This document shows, piece by piece, positions 50,981 to 61,385 of a stretch of DNA of 63,307 nt (its first letter is position 1; each line of letters begins with the position of its first letter). The stretch comes from an uncultured Eubacteriales bacterium (GTDB lineage Bacteria; Bacillota; Clostridia; Christensenellales; CAG-138). Where the stretch lies: contig ONLX01000122.1 of NCBI GenBank assembly GCA_900318765.1, forward strand, positions 1 to 63,307, written 5' to 3'. A program made the position numbers and the translations under genes. The notes below the pieces were generated by a model that saw only the letters and a list, made by a program, of their open reading frames with translations, had not been told where the DNA came from and searched no databases.

Positions 50981-52414
50981 TTAACAAAGGAGCAGCGCGC
51001 GCTTTTGGCGATCCAGCGCATCGAGCTTGTTCGCATAGGTCGGAACATCCTTCGGCGCTGCGATGCGTTCCACACGGCGTTCGGCGTTGAAGATGCGTTT
51101 GGTCATCGCGTTTGCTCCGTGCGCCAGAATGGAGGTCGTCTCTTCCATCATATCGATGTTGTACATGCAGATCGTTTCGCGCCCGGCATACCCGACGTTT
51201 TCCAAATTGCCGTTCTGGTATTTCTGCCGATACATATAGTATGGCCAAAGTCCGATCCGTTTTGCGGCATCGAATCCCATGTCGATCATGTGCGTCACGC
51301 TCTCTTTGCTCGGAAGCGGATACCGTTCGAGCTGCTCCTTAAGTCTGCTGGAACGCTTGACCGCAAGCGTGTGCACCGTCAGATTATCGGGCCTGAGGGC
51401 AATAATTTCCTCCAGGGTCCGCGCAAAATCGTTCTCGTCCTCCCCCGGCAGGCCTGCGATCAGATCCATATTGATCGAATCGAACCCCACCGCACGCGCC
51501 AACGCATACGTTTCCCGAATTTCGGCAGACGTGTGCGCGCGGCCGATGCGGCGCAGCGTTTCATCGTTCATCGTCTGCGGATTGATGGAGATGCGTCCGA
51601 TCCCGTGTGCTTTCAGCACCGCAAGCTTCTCCTTGGTGATTGTATCCGGTCTCCCCGCTTCCACCGTGCATTCCGTTCCGTAACCGCCGTAGACGGATTC
51701 AAAATGCGTCAACAGCCGATCGAGCTGATCCGCGTTCAATACCGTCGGCGTTCCGCCGCCGATATACGTGGCGCGATGATGCCATCCGCCCTCTGCCGCA
51801 ATCTTTCCGCCGCGCTCGATATCCTCAAACAGCGGGGCCAGATATCCTTCGACCGATGCGCCTCTCGCGATCTCCGCGCCGAAAGAGCAATATAGGCAAC
51901 GCGTGCGGCAGTACGGAATGCCGACATAGACATCCAGATCGCGCGGCCCGACCGATTCAAGATAGGGTTTCTGCACGGCATTGATCGTTGCCGCAAGCCG
52001 CAGCTTCTCTTCCGAGACCGAGAACACTTCCCGGAACTGACGCACGGCCTCCTCTGCCCCGTACCGATCCGCAAGCTCGCGCAAAAGCTTTGTCGGCCGA
52101 ATACCCGTAAGGCTGCCCCAAGGCATATCCATCGGAAACGCCTGCATCAGAAGGGCAAACGCAACGCGCTTTACTGCGCGCTTTTGCTGCCGTTTGCGTT
52201 CCAGAAGATCCCCGCCGTCCGGAAGCACCGCAAATCCGGCTGTTGCCTTGCCGAGCGTGCCGGACGCATACAGATCCTCTTCCTGAAGCGAAACGGTCAT
52301 GACCAGGTCCGGATCCGCTGCGTCGCTTCGGATTTCAACAGCGCCCAAAAAGAGCCGAATCTCTTCGGCAATGTCGTTTTCATATTGCGGAACGTTTGTG
52401 ATCAGTTGAACCAT
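50981..52414 (-). CDS. hemZ: HemZ-type coproporphyrinogen dehydrogenase-like radical SAM protein
   Basis: 477 aa. Radical SAM CRTRCLYCSF and a HemN-like core behind an N-terminal extra domain. Sits in the recJ-relA-dtd-MBL-hemZ arrangement I recall from Clostridia. Confidence 0.8.
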   Translation of the reverse strand: MVQLITNVPQYENDIAEEIRLFLGAVEIRSDAADPDLVMTVSLQEEDLYASGTLGKATAGFAVLPDGGDLLERKRQQKRAVKRVAFALLMQAFPMDMPWGSLTGIRPTKLLRELADRYGAEEAVRQFREVFSVSEEKLRLAATINAVQKPYLESVGPRDLDVYVGIPYCRTRCLYCSFGAEIARGASVEGYLAPLFEDIERGGKIAAEGGWHHRATYIGGGTPTVLNADQLDRLLTHFESVYGGYGTECTVEAGRPDTITKEKLAVLKAHGIGRISINPQTMNDETLRRIGRAHTSAEIRETYALARAVGFDSINMDLIAGLPGEDENDFARTLEEIIALRPDNLTVHTLAVKRSSRLKEQLERYPLPSKESVTHMIDMGFDAAKRIGLWPYYMYRQKYQNGNLENVGYAGRETICMYNIDMMEETTSILAHGANAMTKRIFNAERRVERIAAPKDVPTYANKLDALDRQKRALLLC

Positions 52415-53037
52415 GCGTGACTCCGATATTGCAGCAGCGGATTGAAAACCGATTCGTGATCGACCGTTGTCGGCTCGCCGTGGCCGGGATACAGAACATA
52501 AGATGGGGGAAGCACAAGGATCCGTTCGAGAGAGCGCATCAACTCACGAACATCTCCGGTCGGAAGATCGGTTCTGCCGACGCCTTCGTAAAATACGGTG
52601 TCGCCGGTAAACGCAAACCGGTTTTCATCGGAAACAAGCGTGATACCGCCCGCCGTATGGCCCGGCGTATGCAGCACCGAAAGTCTGAGCCCTGCCGCTT
52701 CGACGGTATCGCCGTTCTCCAAAAGGTCCGACGGTTCGCACGGCGTAAACGCGCCCTGCATCATAGCGGCATGCGCAGCCTTTGCGGAGCGCAGCCCGTC
52801 GGCATCCGACGGATGGATCAACACCCGGCATCCCGTTTCCTTTTGCAGCTGCGCTGCCCCGGCAAGATGGTCAAAGTGCCGATGCGTCAACACCAAATGC
52901 GTTAAAGAAAGATGGCGGGAATTGAGAAAAGCCAGTACCTTGGCCGCGTCCGACGCATCGATCGCAAGGGCTTCCCGGCCGTTCTCCCACACATAACAAT
53001 TGGCCCCGAGCGGGCCCATCGGCAGCGTATGCAGCAT
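52402..53037 (-). CDS. MBL-fold metallo-hydrolase (glyoxalase II-like)
   Basis: 211 aa with THRHFDH (HxHxDH) and a downstream HTPGHT. Confidence 0.88.
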   Translation of the reverse strand: MLHTLPMGPLGANCYVWENGREALAIDASDAAKVLAFLNSRHLSLTHLVLTHRHFDHLAGAAQLQKETGCRVLIHPSDADGLRSAKAAHAAMMQGAFTPCEPSDLLENGDTVEAAGLRLSVLHTPGHTAGGITLVSDENRFAFTGDTVFYEGVGRTDLPTGDVRELMRSLERILVLPPSYVLYPGHGEPTTVDHESVFNPLLQYRSHAWFN

Positions 53038-53483
53038 CAGAATGTCCTCCGCGAATCGAGCAAGATCGTAAACGGGCCGTCGTTCGTCAGGGTTACCTGC
53101 ATATCTGCCCCGAATACGCCCGTTTCCACCGGGACGGATTGTTTCAAAAGCGCGATGCAGTGCTCATACAGCGGAACGGCCGTCTCCGGGCGCGCTGCAG
53201 CAATGTAGCTCGGACGGCGGCCTTTTCGCGCGTCGCCCATCAGCGTGAACTGGGAAATCAGAAGGATTCTCCCGCCCACATCCGCAACGGAGCGATTCGG
53301 CACGCCGTTCTCATCGTCAAAGATGCGCAGACCGATCAGTTTTTCGCATAGATACGTCGCATCCGCTTCGGTATCCTCGACGTCGATACCGAGCAGAACA
53401 CACAGCCCATGCGCAATCGAACCGACGGGTTTTCCGTCGATTTCGACTTTTGCCTGACTGCATCGTTGAACCACGGCGCGCAT
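53037..53483 (-). CDS. dtd: D-aminoacyl-tRNA deacylase
   Basis: 148 aa. [15 protein letters not shown]...[16 protein letters not shown]...[15 protein letters not shown]. Confidence 0.95.
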   Translation of the reverse strand: MRAVVQRCSQAKVEIDGKPVGSIAHGLCVLLGIDVEDTEADATYLCEKLIGLRIFDDENGVPNRSVADVGGRILLISQFTLMGDARKGRRPSYIAAARPETAVPLYEHCIALLKQSVPVETGVFGADMQVTLTNDGPFTILLDSRRTF

Positions 53484-53510
53484 ACGGCCTCCTGGAAAAT
53501 GATTTTCGGA

Positions 53511-55700
53511 TCAGACGCGGAAAGCGTCGATAACCTCGGGTAGTTTGCGTAGATTGTTCAGAATGATTTTCAGCTGTTCCGACCCGGTAACCGTGAACGT
53601 CATATCCATGATCGCGTCGCCTTCGTCGGTCGAGCGGGATTGCAGCGAGGTCATATTCACGTTGAGGCTCATCAGCACCTTGCTGACCTCCATCAGCGTA
53701 CCCGCCTTGTCGACCACGCGCAGACGGATTGTTGCCGAGAACGAGGACTTCTCCTCCGCCGCCCATTCAACCTCGATGATGCGGTCCGGCTCTTTGAGCA
53801 GGGAAATCGCATTCTTGCAGTCCGCCCGATGAATCGAAACGCCTCTGCCCCGTGTGATATACCCGATGATCGCATCGCCCGGAAGCGGGTTGCAGCAGTT
53901 GGCAAAAAAGATCGCCATTCCGGGATCGCCGTGTACAAATATGCCGTTTGTGCTCGTCCGCCGCGTGGGCTTGGCCGGTTCCTTGCCCGCTTCTTCGAGC
54001 TGGCGGTTGATTTCCTCAAGCCGTTGCTCCTTGCGGTGCAGATCCAACAGCTTATGCAGTACCTGCCCCGCGGAGATTCCCCCGAATCCAATCGTCGCGT
54101 AAAGATCGTCGAGCGTATTGATCGTCATGCGCTGCATGACGGTGTTGTAATACTCGGGCTTTAGCAGGGTCGCCAGGTTCTGGCCATGCCGCTTTGCGGC
54201 TTCCTCCAGCATCTCCCTGCCGCGCGCGATATTCTCGTCGCGGTTTTCACGCTTGAACCATTGCCGGATCTTATTCTTGGCCGATTGCGTCTTCACGATC
54301 GACAGCCAGTCGCGGCTCGGTCCGATCTGTGCGTTCGACGTCAGAATTTCAACGACGTCGTTGGTCTTCAATTTATAGTCGAGCCGCACCATATTCCCGT
54401 TGACGCGCGCGCCCTGGCAATGATGCCCGACGTTCGTATGAATCCGATACGCGAAATCGAGCGGCGTGGATCCGACCGGGAGATCAATGATCTCGCCCCG
54501 GGGCGTCAACACGAAAATGTATTCGCCGAGGAAATCCTTCAAAACGTTTTCGACAAACTCACGGCTGTCCTCACTCGTTTCCTCCGTCTCAATAATCTGC
54601 TTGATCAGGGAGGTCTTTTTATCGAGTTCGGTCATGACCTTCTTGTCGTCCTTATACATCCAGTGCGCGGCGATTCCGTATTCCGCCGTCTCATGCATTT
54701 CGCGCGTGCGAATCTGGATTTCAAACGGGATGCCGTTCTCGTTCATGACGGTCGTATGCAGCGAACGATACATGTTCGGCTTCGGCATGGCGATATAATC
54801 TTTGAAGCGGCCGGGCAGCGGTTTCCACGTTGCATGGACAACCCCGAGCGCCGCATAACAATCGTTCACCGTCTCAACAATGATGCGGATCGCAATCAGG
54901 TCATACAGCTCATTCAGTTTGTAATTGTTTCGCTGCATCTTGCGGTAGGTCGAATACAGATGCTTCGGCCGTCCCGAAACCTCGCCCGCGATATGCGCCT
55001 CCGAAAGGAGCTTCTTCATCAGCTCCATAGCACTCTTCAACGCATCCATCCGCTCCTGTTGCTGTTCCCCTACCTCAGCACGAAGCTTTTCATACGCCTC
55101 CGGCATCAGATAGCGAAACGACAGGTCCTCAAGTTCCGACCGGATGATGCCCATGCCGAATCGGTCCGCCAGCGGCGCATACACCTCCAGCGTTTCCTTT
55201 GCTTTCCGAGCCTGCTTTTCGGGCGTGCAATAGGCCAGTGTTCGCATGTTGTGCAATCGGTCGGCAAGCTTGATAATGACGACGCGAACGTCCTCCGCCA
55301 TGGAGAGGAACAGTTTGCGGAGGTTCTCCGTCTGCTCCTGCTTTTTGGTAATATAGGTCTGATTTCCGGACTTGGTCAGCTTGGTTACACCGTCCACGAG
55401 CCGTGAGACCTCTTTGCCGAACCGCTGCTCGAGGTCCTGCGTCGTAATATTGTCGCCATCCTCCACCGTATCGTGCAGAACGCCCGCGATGATCGTCGGC
55501 GCGTCCATCCCCATTTTCAGCAGATAGGAGGCTACGGTGAGCGGGTGCGTGACAAAAGGATCACCGGCATCCCGCCGCTGATTGCAATGCACGCGCTCGG
55601 CAAACGCAATTGCCTCGCGCAGTTTTTCGCCCTGCTCGATTCCGAATTTCTTCCGGAATTCTGTGAGCAGCAGCTCTTTCATTTCCCCAAGTTCTTCCAT
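53511..55700 (-). CDS. relA: bifunctional (p)ppGpp synthetase/hydrolase (RelA/SpoT homologue)
   Basis: 729 aa. HD domain (HPLTVA...HDTVEDG), synthetase domain (YRSLHTTV), TGS and a C-terminal ACT. Confidence 0.96.
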   Translation of the reverse strand: MEELGEMKELLLTEFRKKFGIEQGEKLREAIAFAERVHCNQRRDAGDPFVTHPLTVASYLLKMGMDAPTIIAGVLHDTVEDGDNITTQDLEQRFGKEVSRLVDGVTKLTKSGNQTYITKKQEQTENLRKLFLSMAEDVRVVIIKLADRLHNMRTLAYCTPEKQARKAKETLEVYAPLADRFGMGIIRSELEDLSFRYLMPEAYEKLRAEVGEQQQERMDALKSAMELMKKLLSEAHIAGEVSGRPKHLYSTYRKMQRNNYKLNELYDLIAIRIIVETVNDCYAALGVVHATWKPLPGRFKDYIAMPKPNMYRSLHTTVMNENGIPFEIQIRTREMHETAEYGIAAHWMYKDDKKVMTELDKKTSLIKQIIETEETSEDSREFVENVLKDFLGEYIFVLTPRGEIIDLPVGSTPLDFAYRIHTNVGHHCQGARVNGNMVRLDYKLKTNDVVEILTSNAQIGPSRDWLSIVKTQSAKNKIRQWFKRENRDENIARGREMLEEAAKRHGQNLATLLKPEYYNTVMQRMTINTLDDLYATIGFGGISAGQVLHKLLDLHRKEQRLEEINRQLEEAGKEPAKPTRRTSTNGIFVHGDPGMAIFFANCCNPLPGDAIIGYITRGRGVSIHRADCKNAISLLKEPDRIIEVEWAAEEKSSFSATIRLRVVDKAGTLMEVSKVLMSLNVNMTSLQSRSTDEGDAIMDMTFTVTGSEQLKIILNNLRKLPEVIDAFRV

Positions 55701-55715
55701 AGCGTTGTTATTATA

Positions 55716-57689
55716 CTACCGATACAACAAGGAATACAAGCGTCCGTTTGTAATATCTCGCTTTCCGGCGACTGCTCTTTCGTAAAATGTTTCATCCGAA
55801 TATTCGACAATGCCCGCTTCATGCAGAATCAGCAGCGTAATCAGCCCTTCCTCATACACTTCGTCGATTCGAAGGCCGGTTTGCAGCCGCCCGCGGAGCT
55901 TCACAAAAATAGTTCGCATCTGCGTCTCATCCGGTCGCATTCGCGAAGCGAGACGGACCCGAAGCCGCGCAGGACCGCTCTCCTCTTCCAACAGCATTTT
56001 TGCAGCCTCCAAAAGCGCCGCGGGGCAATCGACCCGCAACGCCGTCAGATACGCGTTCACCGAGAGGGTTCCCCGGAATTCGTTCTTTCGAACGGTGCAG
56101 AGCGTCTCGACCTTTTCGAGCGCGCTCCATGCTTTGACGCGATCGCCGAGTCGAAATCCAACCAAGCGCAGTCTGCTTTGCTGCGTCTCGAGCACAGCGG
56201 AAAGATGTTCGCCGTCACGCCCGATCGCCGCCACGGCGGACAAGGTCCCCGCAATCAAAAACAGCGGTTCTCGGTTGCTCTCGCCAAACGGCGCAAGCTG
56301 CTCGAGTTCCTCGGCAAACGGTACCGTGCAATCGGAAAGCGACAAAACGTCCTCGTATTCCAGCGGTTCCCGCGGCAGTCCATCGGGGAATTGTGCTGCA
56401 AGATCTTCCAAAAACGCCTTCCGGCAGGGTTCGAACGCGTCCAAGGGCATGGAAGCCCCTGCCGCCCCCGCGTGGCCGCCGAAGCGCATAAAGAACGTGC
56501 TGTGCTCGGACAGCAGCCGAAACAGATCGATGCTCGGTACGCTGCGGCCCGATCCGATGAGCTCTTCTCCACTGTGCGTGAACAGAAATACGGGACAGCC
56601 GTACTGCTCCACGATCCGTGACGCAACGATACCGATCACGCCGGGATTCCAGTCCTCTCCGCGCAGAATCAGCATGCGATGCTGTGCCGTCGGATCAATC
56701 TGTTGCTCCGCTTCCTTGAGGATGCGTTGCTCCTCCTGCTTCCGCGCGGCATTTGCCGCGTCCAATTCGGCTGCAAAGTGGCGGCGCGACGCTTCATCCC
56801 CTGCGATCAGAAGCTCGACCGCGCGACGCGCGTCTCCCATGCGTCCTGCCGCATTCATCCGCGGCGCGATCATAAAACCGAGCGTTGTCTCATCAATCGG
56901 ACGGTCCTGACCGCCCGCCGTCTCCAACAGCGCCATGAGTCCCGGTTCCTTCTGCACCAACGGTATCCCGCGCGCGACAATCGCTCGGTTGAATCCGACA
57001 AGCGGCATAATATCCGCCACCGTCGCAAGAGCGGCGATCGCCAGCATCGATTCGGCAGGCTGTCCGAGCTGCATTGCAAGCAGCATGGCAACCGCGCTTC
57101 CGCACAGCGAAGCGATTCCCTCCGCCTGCCCCGGCCGCGTCGCGCAAACGACCGCCGCCGCATCGGGCAGCGTTTCATGGCAGCGGTGATGATCCGTTAT
57201 CACAAGCTCCACGCCGAGCGCTTTGCAAAGCTCTGCCTCGGCATGCGCGGAGATGCCGTTATCCACTGTCACGATCAATCCGACGCCTTTTTGGGCAAGG
57301 TGTACTATGCTGCTTTCATGCATGCCGTAGCCTTCGCCCGAACGCTTCGGAATATAATAAGAAACGTTCGCGCCGAGCGTGGCGAGCGTGCGGTACAGAA
57401 TTGTCGTTGCGCAGACGCCGTCGACATCATAGTCGCCGTAAATGCAGATTGCTTTCCCCGCCGCAATCGCCCGCTGAATGCATTGTGCGGCAAGTTCCAT
57501 GTCCAACAGCATTGCAGGCCGGGGCAACGGCTGCTCCTTTGGATGTAGGAATTCCTCTGCCTGTTTCTTGCTTCGGATGCCGCGCCGGTACAGGATTTTC
57601 GCAAACGGTTCGGAGCAGCCCAAAGACGTCCGCAGCGCTTCCACGGCGGACGAATCCAGCGGTTCCCGATCTTTTGCAATCCATTCCAT
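55716..57689 (-). CDS. recJ: single-stranded-DNA-specific exonuclease RecJ
   Basis: Start moved to ATG 57689 (MEWIAKDREPLD). DHH motifs IYGDYDVDG, VDNG and ITDHH, plus a DHHA1 GGHAGAAG. Confidence 0.93.
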   Translation of the reverse strand: MEWIAKDREPLDSSAVEALRTSLGCSEPFAKILYRRGIRSKKQAEEFLHPKEQPLPRPAMLLDMELAAQCIQRAIAAGKAICIYGDYDVDGVCATTILYRTLATLGANVSYYIPKRSGEGYGMHESSIVHLAQKGVGLIVTVDNGISAHAEAELCKALGVELVITDHHRCHETLPDAAAVVCATRPGQAEGIASLCGSAVAMLLAMQLGQPAESMLAIAALATVADIMPLVGFNRAIVARGIPLVQKEPGLMALLETAGGQDRPIDETTLGFMIAPRMNAAGRMGDARRAVELLIAGDEASRRHFAAELDAANAARKQEEQRILKEAEQQIDPTAQHRMLILRGEDWNPGVIGIVASRIVEQYGCPVFLFTHSGEELIGSGRSVPSIDLFRLLSEHSTFFMRFGGHAGAAGASMPLDAFEPCRKAFLEDLAAQFPDGLPREPLEYEDVLSLSDCTVPFAEELEQLAPFGESNREPLFLIAGTLSAVAAIGRDGEHLSAVLETQQSRLRLVGFRLGDRVKAWSALEKVETLCTVRKNEFRGTLSVNAYLTALRVDCPAALLEAAKMLLEEESGPARLRVRLASRMRPDETQMRTIFVKLRGRLQTGLRIDEVYEEGLITLLILHEAGIVEYSDETFYERAVAGKRDITNGRLYSLLYR

Positions 57690-57711
57690 ATCGGCCTCGG
57701 TCAGAGAACAC

Positions 57712-58914
57712 TCAAAGCCGGATCGCGCTCTGCTGATCGCGGTGCGGCTCCCGTCCGATGACATATCCCATCAGATCGGTTGCAAACGCGTCGATCGCCA
57801 TGGAATCCCGCGCAATATCCGTGCAATCCATGATATCGGAATTTCGCAAAATCACCGGCGCGCTCCCCGCGCTCGCCATCGCCGCAAGCAGGCCGCGTGA
57901 CCCGGTCAGAAAGCCGAGTACACGCAGATACAGGTTTTCCCGATGATTCAAAAGCTCCTCCGGCAATTCCCGATTCATGTGCAGCAGAGCGGAAACCGCA
58001 ATACGCTTGCACCGTGCCATCGTATAGCGTTTTGTTTTAATCTGTTCCAAAAACGCCGACAAATCGGAGGTTTCGCGCACCGCGCGGGCGATCACCTGCT
58101 CGAATCCCTCGGACACGTCCGGCAGCGCAGCGATCTCTTCCAGCGACATCGAACGCAGCCGATACAGAATCATCGGTCCGAAATAATCGAGTGTGATCGG
58201 AAATTGTTCGTCAAACCGCATCGCGCCCGACACAAACAGCGGCATCGTATCCAGAACCGCATCGTTCCCTTCGCGCAGCGCCTGCCGGATCGCAGTCGCA
58301 CTGGAAAGAGCTCCGGTCAGCTCGGTATCGTTATAGCCGTTTCCCTGCCGAAGGATCGGCACCGCGCGGATATGCGGCGCGAATCGGCGGATTGCCTTGA
58401 TGTACTCAACGGCAAGGATATTGTTCGGCTGTGTCAAAAGCGCGACATCGCCGCGTGGGATATTCAGGTCCGATAACGCGTCAAACTGTGCGCGCGGATA
58501 CGATTTTCCCTGCTTGAGATGATAGGCAAGGTTCGTTCGAAAAGCGGGCGGCTCGCGGTCAAGAATGTCGGCAATGCGATACAGCCCGTCCATGTTTTCC
58601 GTTTCCACGCCGAACGCGATATCGGTCACAATACCGGTTGCCGCAAGCAATTTCACCGCGCCCTCGGCAAACCGTTCCGCCGACGCCACGGCAAGGCATT
58701 GGGGGATTTCCACGATCAGATCCGCTCCGGCGCGCAGCGCCCATTCGGCACGCGTAAACTTATCCGCACAGGCGGGCTCGCCGCGCTGTACGAAATTTCC
58801 CGACATCGCGATAACGCAAAAATCCGCGCCGGTCTGCGCTTTTGCCTGCTCCATGTGATAGATATGACCGTTATGCAGCGGATTGTATTCCGCTACGATT
58901 CCGACTGCGCCCAT
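57712..58914 (-). CDS. tmcAL: tRNA(Met) cytidine acetate ligase (TmcAL / UPF0348)
   Basis: Start moved to ATG 58914 ([25 protein letters not shown]), the characteristic EYNPxHNGH nucleotidyltransferase motif. Confidence 0.85.
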   Translation of the reverse strand: MGAVGIVAEYNPLHNGHIYHMEQAKAQTGADFCVIAMSGNFVQRGEPACADKFTRAEWALRAGADLIVEIPQCLAVASAERFAEGAVKLLAATGIVTDIAFGVETENMDGLYRIADILDREPPAFRTNLAYHLKQGKSYPRAQFDALSDLNIPRGDVALLTQPNNILAVEYIKAIRRFAPHIRAVPILRQGNGYNDTELTGALSSATAIRQALREGNDAVLDTMPLFVSGAMRFDEQFPITLDYFGPMILYRLRSMSLEEIAALPDVSEGFEQVIARAVRETSDLSAFLEQIKTKRYTMARCKRIAVSALLHMNRELPEELLNHRENLYLRVLGFLTGSRGLLAAMASAGSAPVILRNSDIMDCTDIARDSMAIDAFATDLMGYVIGREPHRDQQSAIRL

Positions 58915-59014
58915 GGCTGCACCTCTTTTGAAAAAAATTCTGAAATCATTATACCATTTTTTCATGAACTATGGTAGAATAATTTATAAACTTTATTTTG
59001 GAGGTTTACGGATC

Positions 59015-60013
59015 ATGTCATTGATGGATACGATCAAGGCTAAAGCCAAGTCGGATCAGAAACACATTCTGCTGCCCGAGGGTGCCGAAGAGCGCACCGT
59101 ACAGGCGGCCGCCCGCATTACGGCGGAGGGTATCGCAAAAGTCACGCTGTTCGGCAAGCGTGAGGACATTCAGGCCGTCGCTGACAAGTTCGGCGTCAGT
59201 CTCGACGGAATCGATACGATCGATCCCGTTGCCGATCCCGATTACGAGCGCTACTGCGAGTGGTTCTATGAGCTCCGCAAAGCCAAGGGCGTTACTCCCG
59301 AAAAAGCGCGCGATATGATCGCCAACCCGTTGTTCTATGCGGCGATGATGATTAAGGACAAGAAGGCGGACGGATTCGTATCCGGCGCAATCAATTCAAC
59401 CGGCAATACGCTGCGTCCCGGTCTGCAGATCATCAAGACAAAGCCGGGCGTCAGCACGGTTTCGAGCTGCTTCCTGATGGAAGTTCCGAACAAGGCGTAC
59501 GGCGATAACGGTCTCCTCGTATTCGCGGACTGCGCGGTCAACATCAACCCGACCGCCGATCAGCTTGCCGCGATCGCCATCTCCTCCGCGGAAAGCGCAA
59601 AGGCGCTCTGCGGCATGGAGCCGCGCGTTGCCATGCTTTCGTTCTCGACGAAGGGCAGCGCAAAGCACGAAAACGTCGATAAGGTTGTCGAAGCAACGCG
59701 CCTTGTCAAAGAGCTTGCGCCCGAACTGAACGTGGACGGGGAATTGCAGGCGGACGCCGCACTAGTCGAAGCCGTCGGTCAGCTCAAGAGCCCCGGATCT
59801 CCGGTCGCAGGCAAAGCAAACGTTCTCGTCTTCCCGGATCTGCAGGCGGGCAACATCGGTTATAAACTCGTGCAGCGGCTCGGCGGCGCGGAAGCGTACG
59901 GCCCGATCTGCCAGGGCTTTGCCGCCCCGATCAATGACCTCTCGCGCGGCTGCAGCGTGGACGATATCGTTTCCGTCGTCGCGATTACTGCCGTTCAGGC
60001 GCAGATGCAATAA
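59015..60013 (+). CDS. pta: phosphate acetyltransferase
   Basis: Start moved to ATG 59015 ([28 protein letters not shown]), with SD GGAGG. Followed 12 nt later by ackA. Confidence 0.93.
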   Translation: MSLMDTIKAKAKSDQKHILLPEGAEERTVQAAARITAEGIAKVTLFGKREDIQAVADKFGVSLDGIDTIDPVADPDYERYCEWFYELRKAKGVTPEKARDMIANPLFYAAMMIKDKKADGFVSGAINSTGNTLRPGLQIIKTKPGVSTVSSCFLMEVPNKAYGDNGLLVFADCAVNINPTADQLAAIAISSAESAKALCGMEPRVAMLSFSTKGSAKHENVDKVVEATRLVKELAPELNVDGELQADAALVEAVGQLKSPGSPVAGKANVLVFPDLQAGNIGYKLVQRLGGAEAYGPICQGFAAPINDLSRGCSVDDIVSVVAITAVQAQMQ

Positions 60014-60025
60014 GGAGGATTGTTC

Positions 60026-61228
60026 ATGAAAACAGTATTGGTCATCAACGCGGGCAGCTCCTCGCTCAAATATCAGCTCATTGACATCGACACCGAATCC
60101 GTCCTTGCAAAAGGGCTCTGTGAGCGCATCGGCATCGACGGCAAGCTCACCTATCAGCCGACCGGCGGCGAGAAGTTCCAAAAGGACGCTCCGATGCCCA
60201 CGCATCAGCAAGCGATCGAACTGGTTCTTTCCGTTCTGACCGACGGGAAAATCGGCGTCATCAAGGACATGGCGGATGTTGCGGCCGTCGGCCATCGCGT
60301 GCTCCACGGCGGTCCGAATTTCACTGCCTCCGCGCTGATTGACGACGCATGCATCGCTGCGATCGAAGAAGTGATTCCGCTCGGTCCGCTGCATAACCCC
60401 GCAAACCTCATGGGCATCCATGCGTGCCGCGCCGCTATGCCGAATACGCCGCAGGTCGCGGTATTCGATACCGCATGGGGCATGAGCATGGCGCAGAAGA
60501 CGTTCCAGTACGCACTGCCCTATGAAGTCTATACCGAATATTCCGTCCGTCGCTACGGCTTCCACGGCACTTCGCATATGTTCGTGACCGGCGAAGCGAT
60601 CAAGCGGCTCGGAAGAGAAGGCGATCCCGATGTGAAAGTCATCACCTGTCACCTCGGCAACGGCTCGTCCGTGAGCTGCTCGAAGGGCGGCAAATGCGTC
60701 GATACCTCGATGGGTCTGACGCCGCTCGAAGGTCTCCCGATGGGAACGCGCTGCGGCAGCATCGATCCCGCGATCGTTCCGTTCCTGATGGACAAGATGA
60801 ACCTTTCGATCAAGGAAATGGATACGCTGATGAACAAGAAGAGCGGCATGCTCGGCATCTCCGGTGTTTCGAGCGACTTCCGTGATCTTTGGGCTGCCAG
60901 CAAAGCGGGCAACGAACGCGCGACGCTTGCGTTGGAAATGTTTGCGCAGGGCGTCAAGCGCTACATCGGTTCGTACATCGCCGAGATGAACGGTGTGGAC
61001 TGCATTGTGTTCACGGCAGGCGTCGGCGAAAACGACTGGGCAATGCGCGAAATGATTATGCAGGATATGGACGCGCTCGGCATCGATTTCGATTTCGAGA
61101 AGAACCGTACCGTGCCGCGCGGCGAAGAAAACGTGCTCTCGAAGCCCGAAAGCAAAGTCCTTGTCATGGTGCTCCCGACGAATGAGGAACTTGCGATCGC
61201 GCGCGACACCGCAGCAATCGCGCTGTAA
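60026..61228 (+). CDS. ackA: acetate kinase
   Basis: ATG 60026 (MKTVLVINAGSSSLKYQL) lies 7 nt after AAGGAGG. Contains RYGFHGTSH and VFTAGVGEN. Confidence 0.96.
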   Translation: MKTVLVINAGSSSLKYQLIDIDTESVLAKGLCERIGIDGKLTYQPTGGEKFQKDAPMPTHQQAIELVLSVLTDGKIGVIKDMADVAAVGHRVLHGGPNFTASALIDDACIAAIEEVIPLGPLHNPANLMGIHACRAAMPNTPQVAVFDTAWGMSMAQKTFQYALPYEVYTEYSVRRYGFHGTSHMFVTGEAIKRLGREGDPDVKVITCHLGNGSSVSCSKGGKCVDTSMGLTPLEGLPMGTRCGSIDPAIVPFLMDKMNLSIKEMDTLMNKKSGMLGISGVSSDFRDLWAASKAGNERATLALEMFAQGVKRYIGSYIAEMNGVDCIVFTAGVGENDWAMREMIMQDMDALGIDFDFEKNRTVPRGEENVLSKPESKVLVMVLPTNEELAIARDTAAIAL

Positions 61229-61246
61229 TCTTTACGAACTCATAAG

Positions 61247-61280
61247 ATCCCGGAAGGCGTTTCTTCCGGGATTTTTCTTT
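61247..61280 (+). terminator. intrinsic terminator after ackA
   Basis: AUCCCGGAAG (61247-61256) pairs with CUUCCGGGAU (61263-61272), followed by UUUUUCUUU. Confidence 0.88.
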
Positions 61281-61314
61281 GGAATCCAACCGTCTCGATT
61301 CCCTTTATTTGCTG

Positions 61315-61343
61315 TTGCAAAAAGCGATCGGATATGGTATACT
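61315..61343 (+). promoter_or_regulatory. sigma-A-type promoter of the acyl-CoA ligase gene
   Basis: TTGCAA (61315-61320), a 17-nt spacer, then TATACT (61338-61343). Confidence 0.6.
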
Positions 61344-61385
61344 TCGTCATTATCCGCCACAGCGGAGCAAGGAAAGGAACGCATT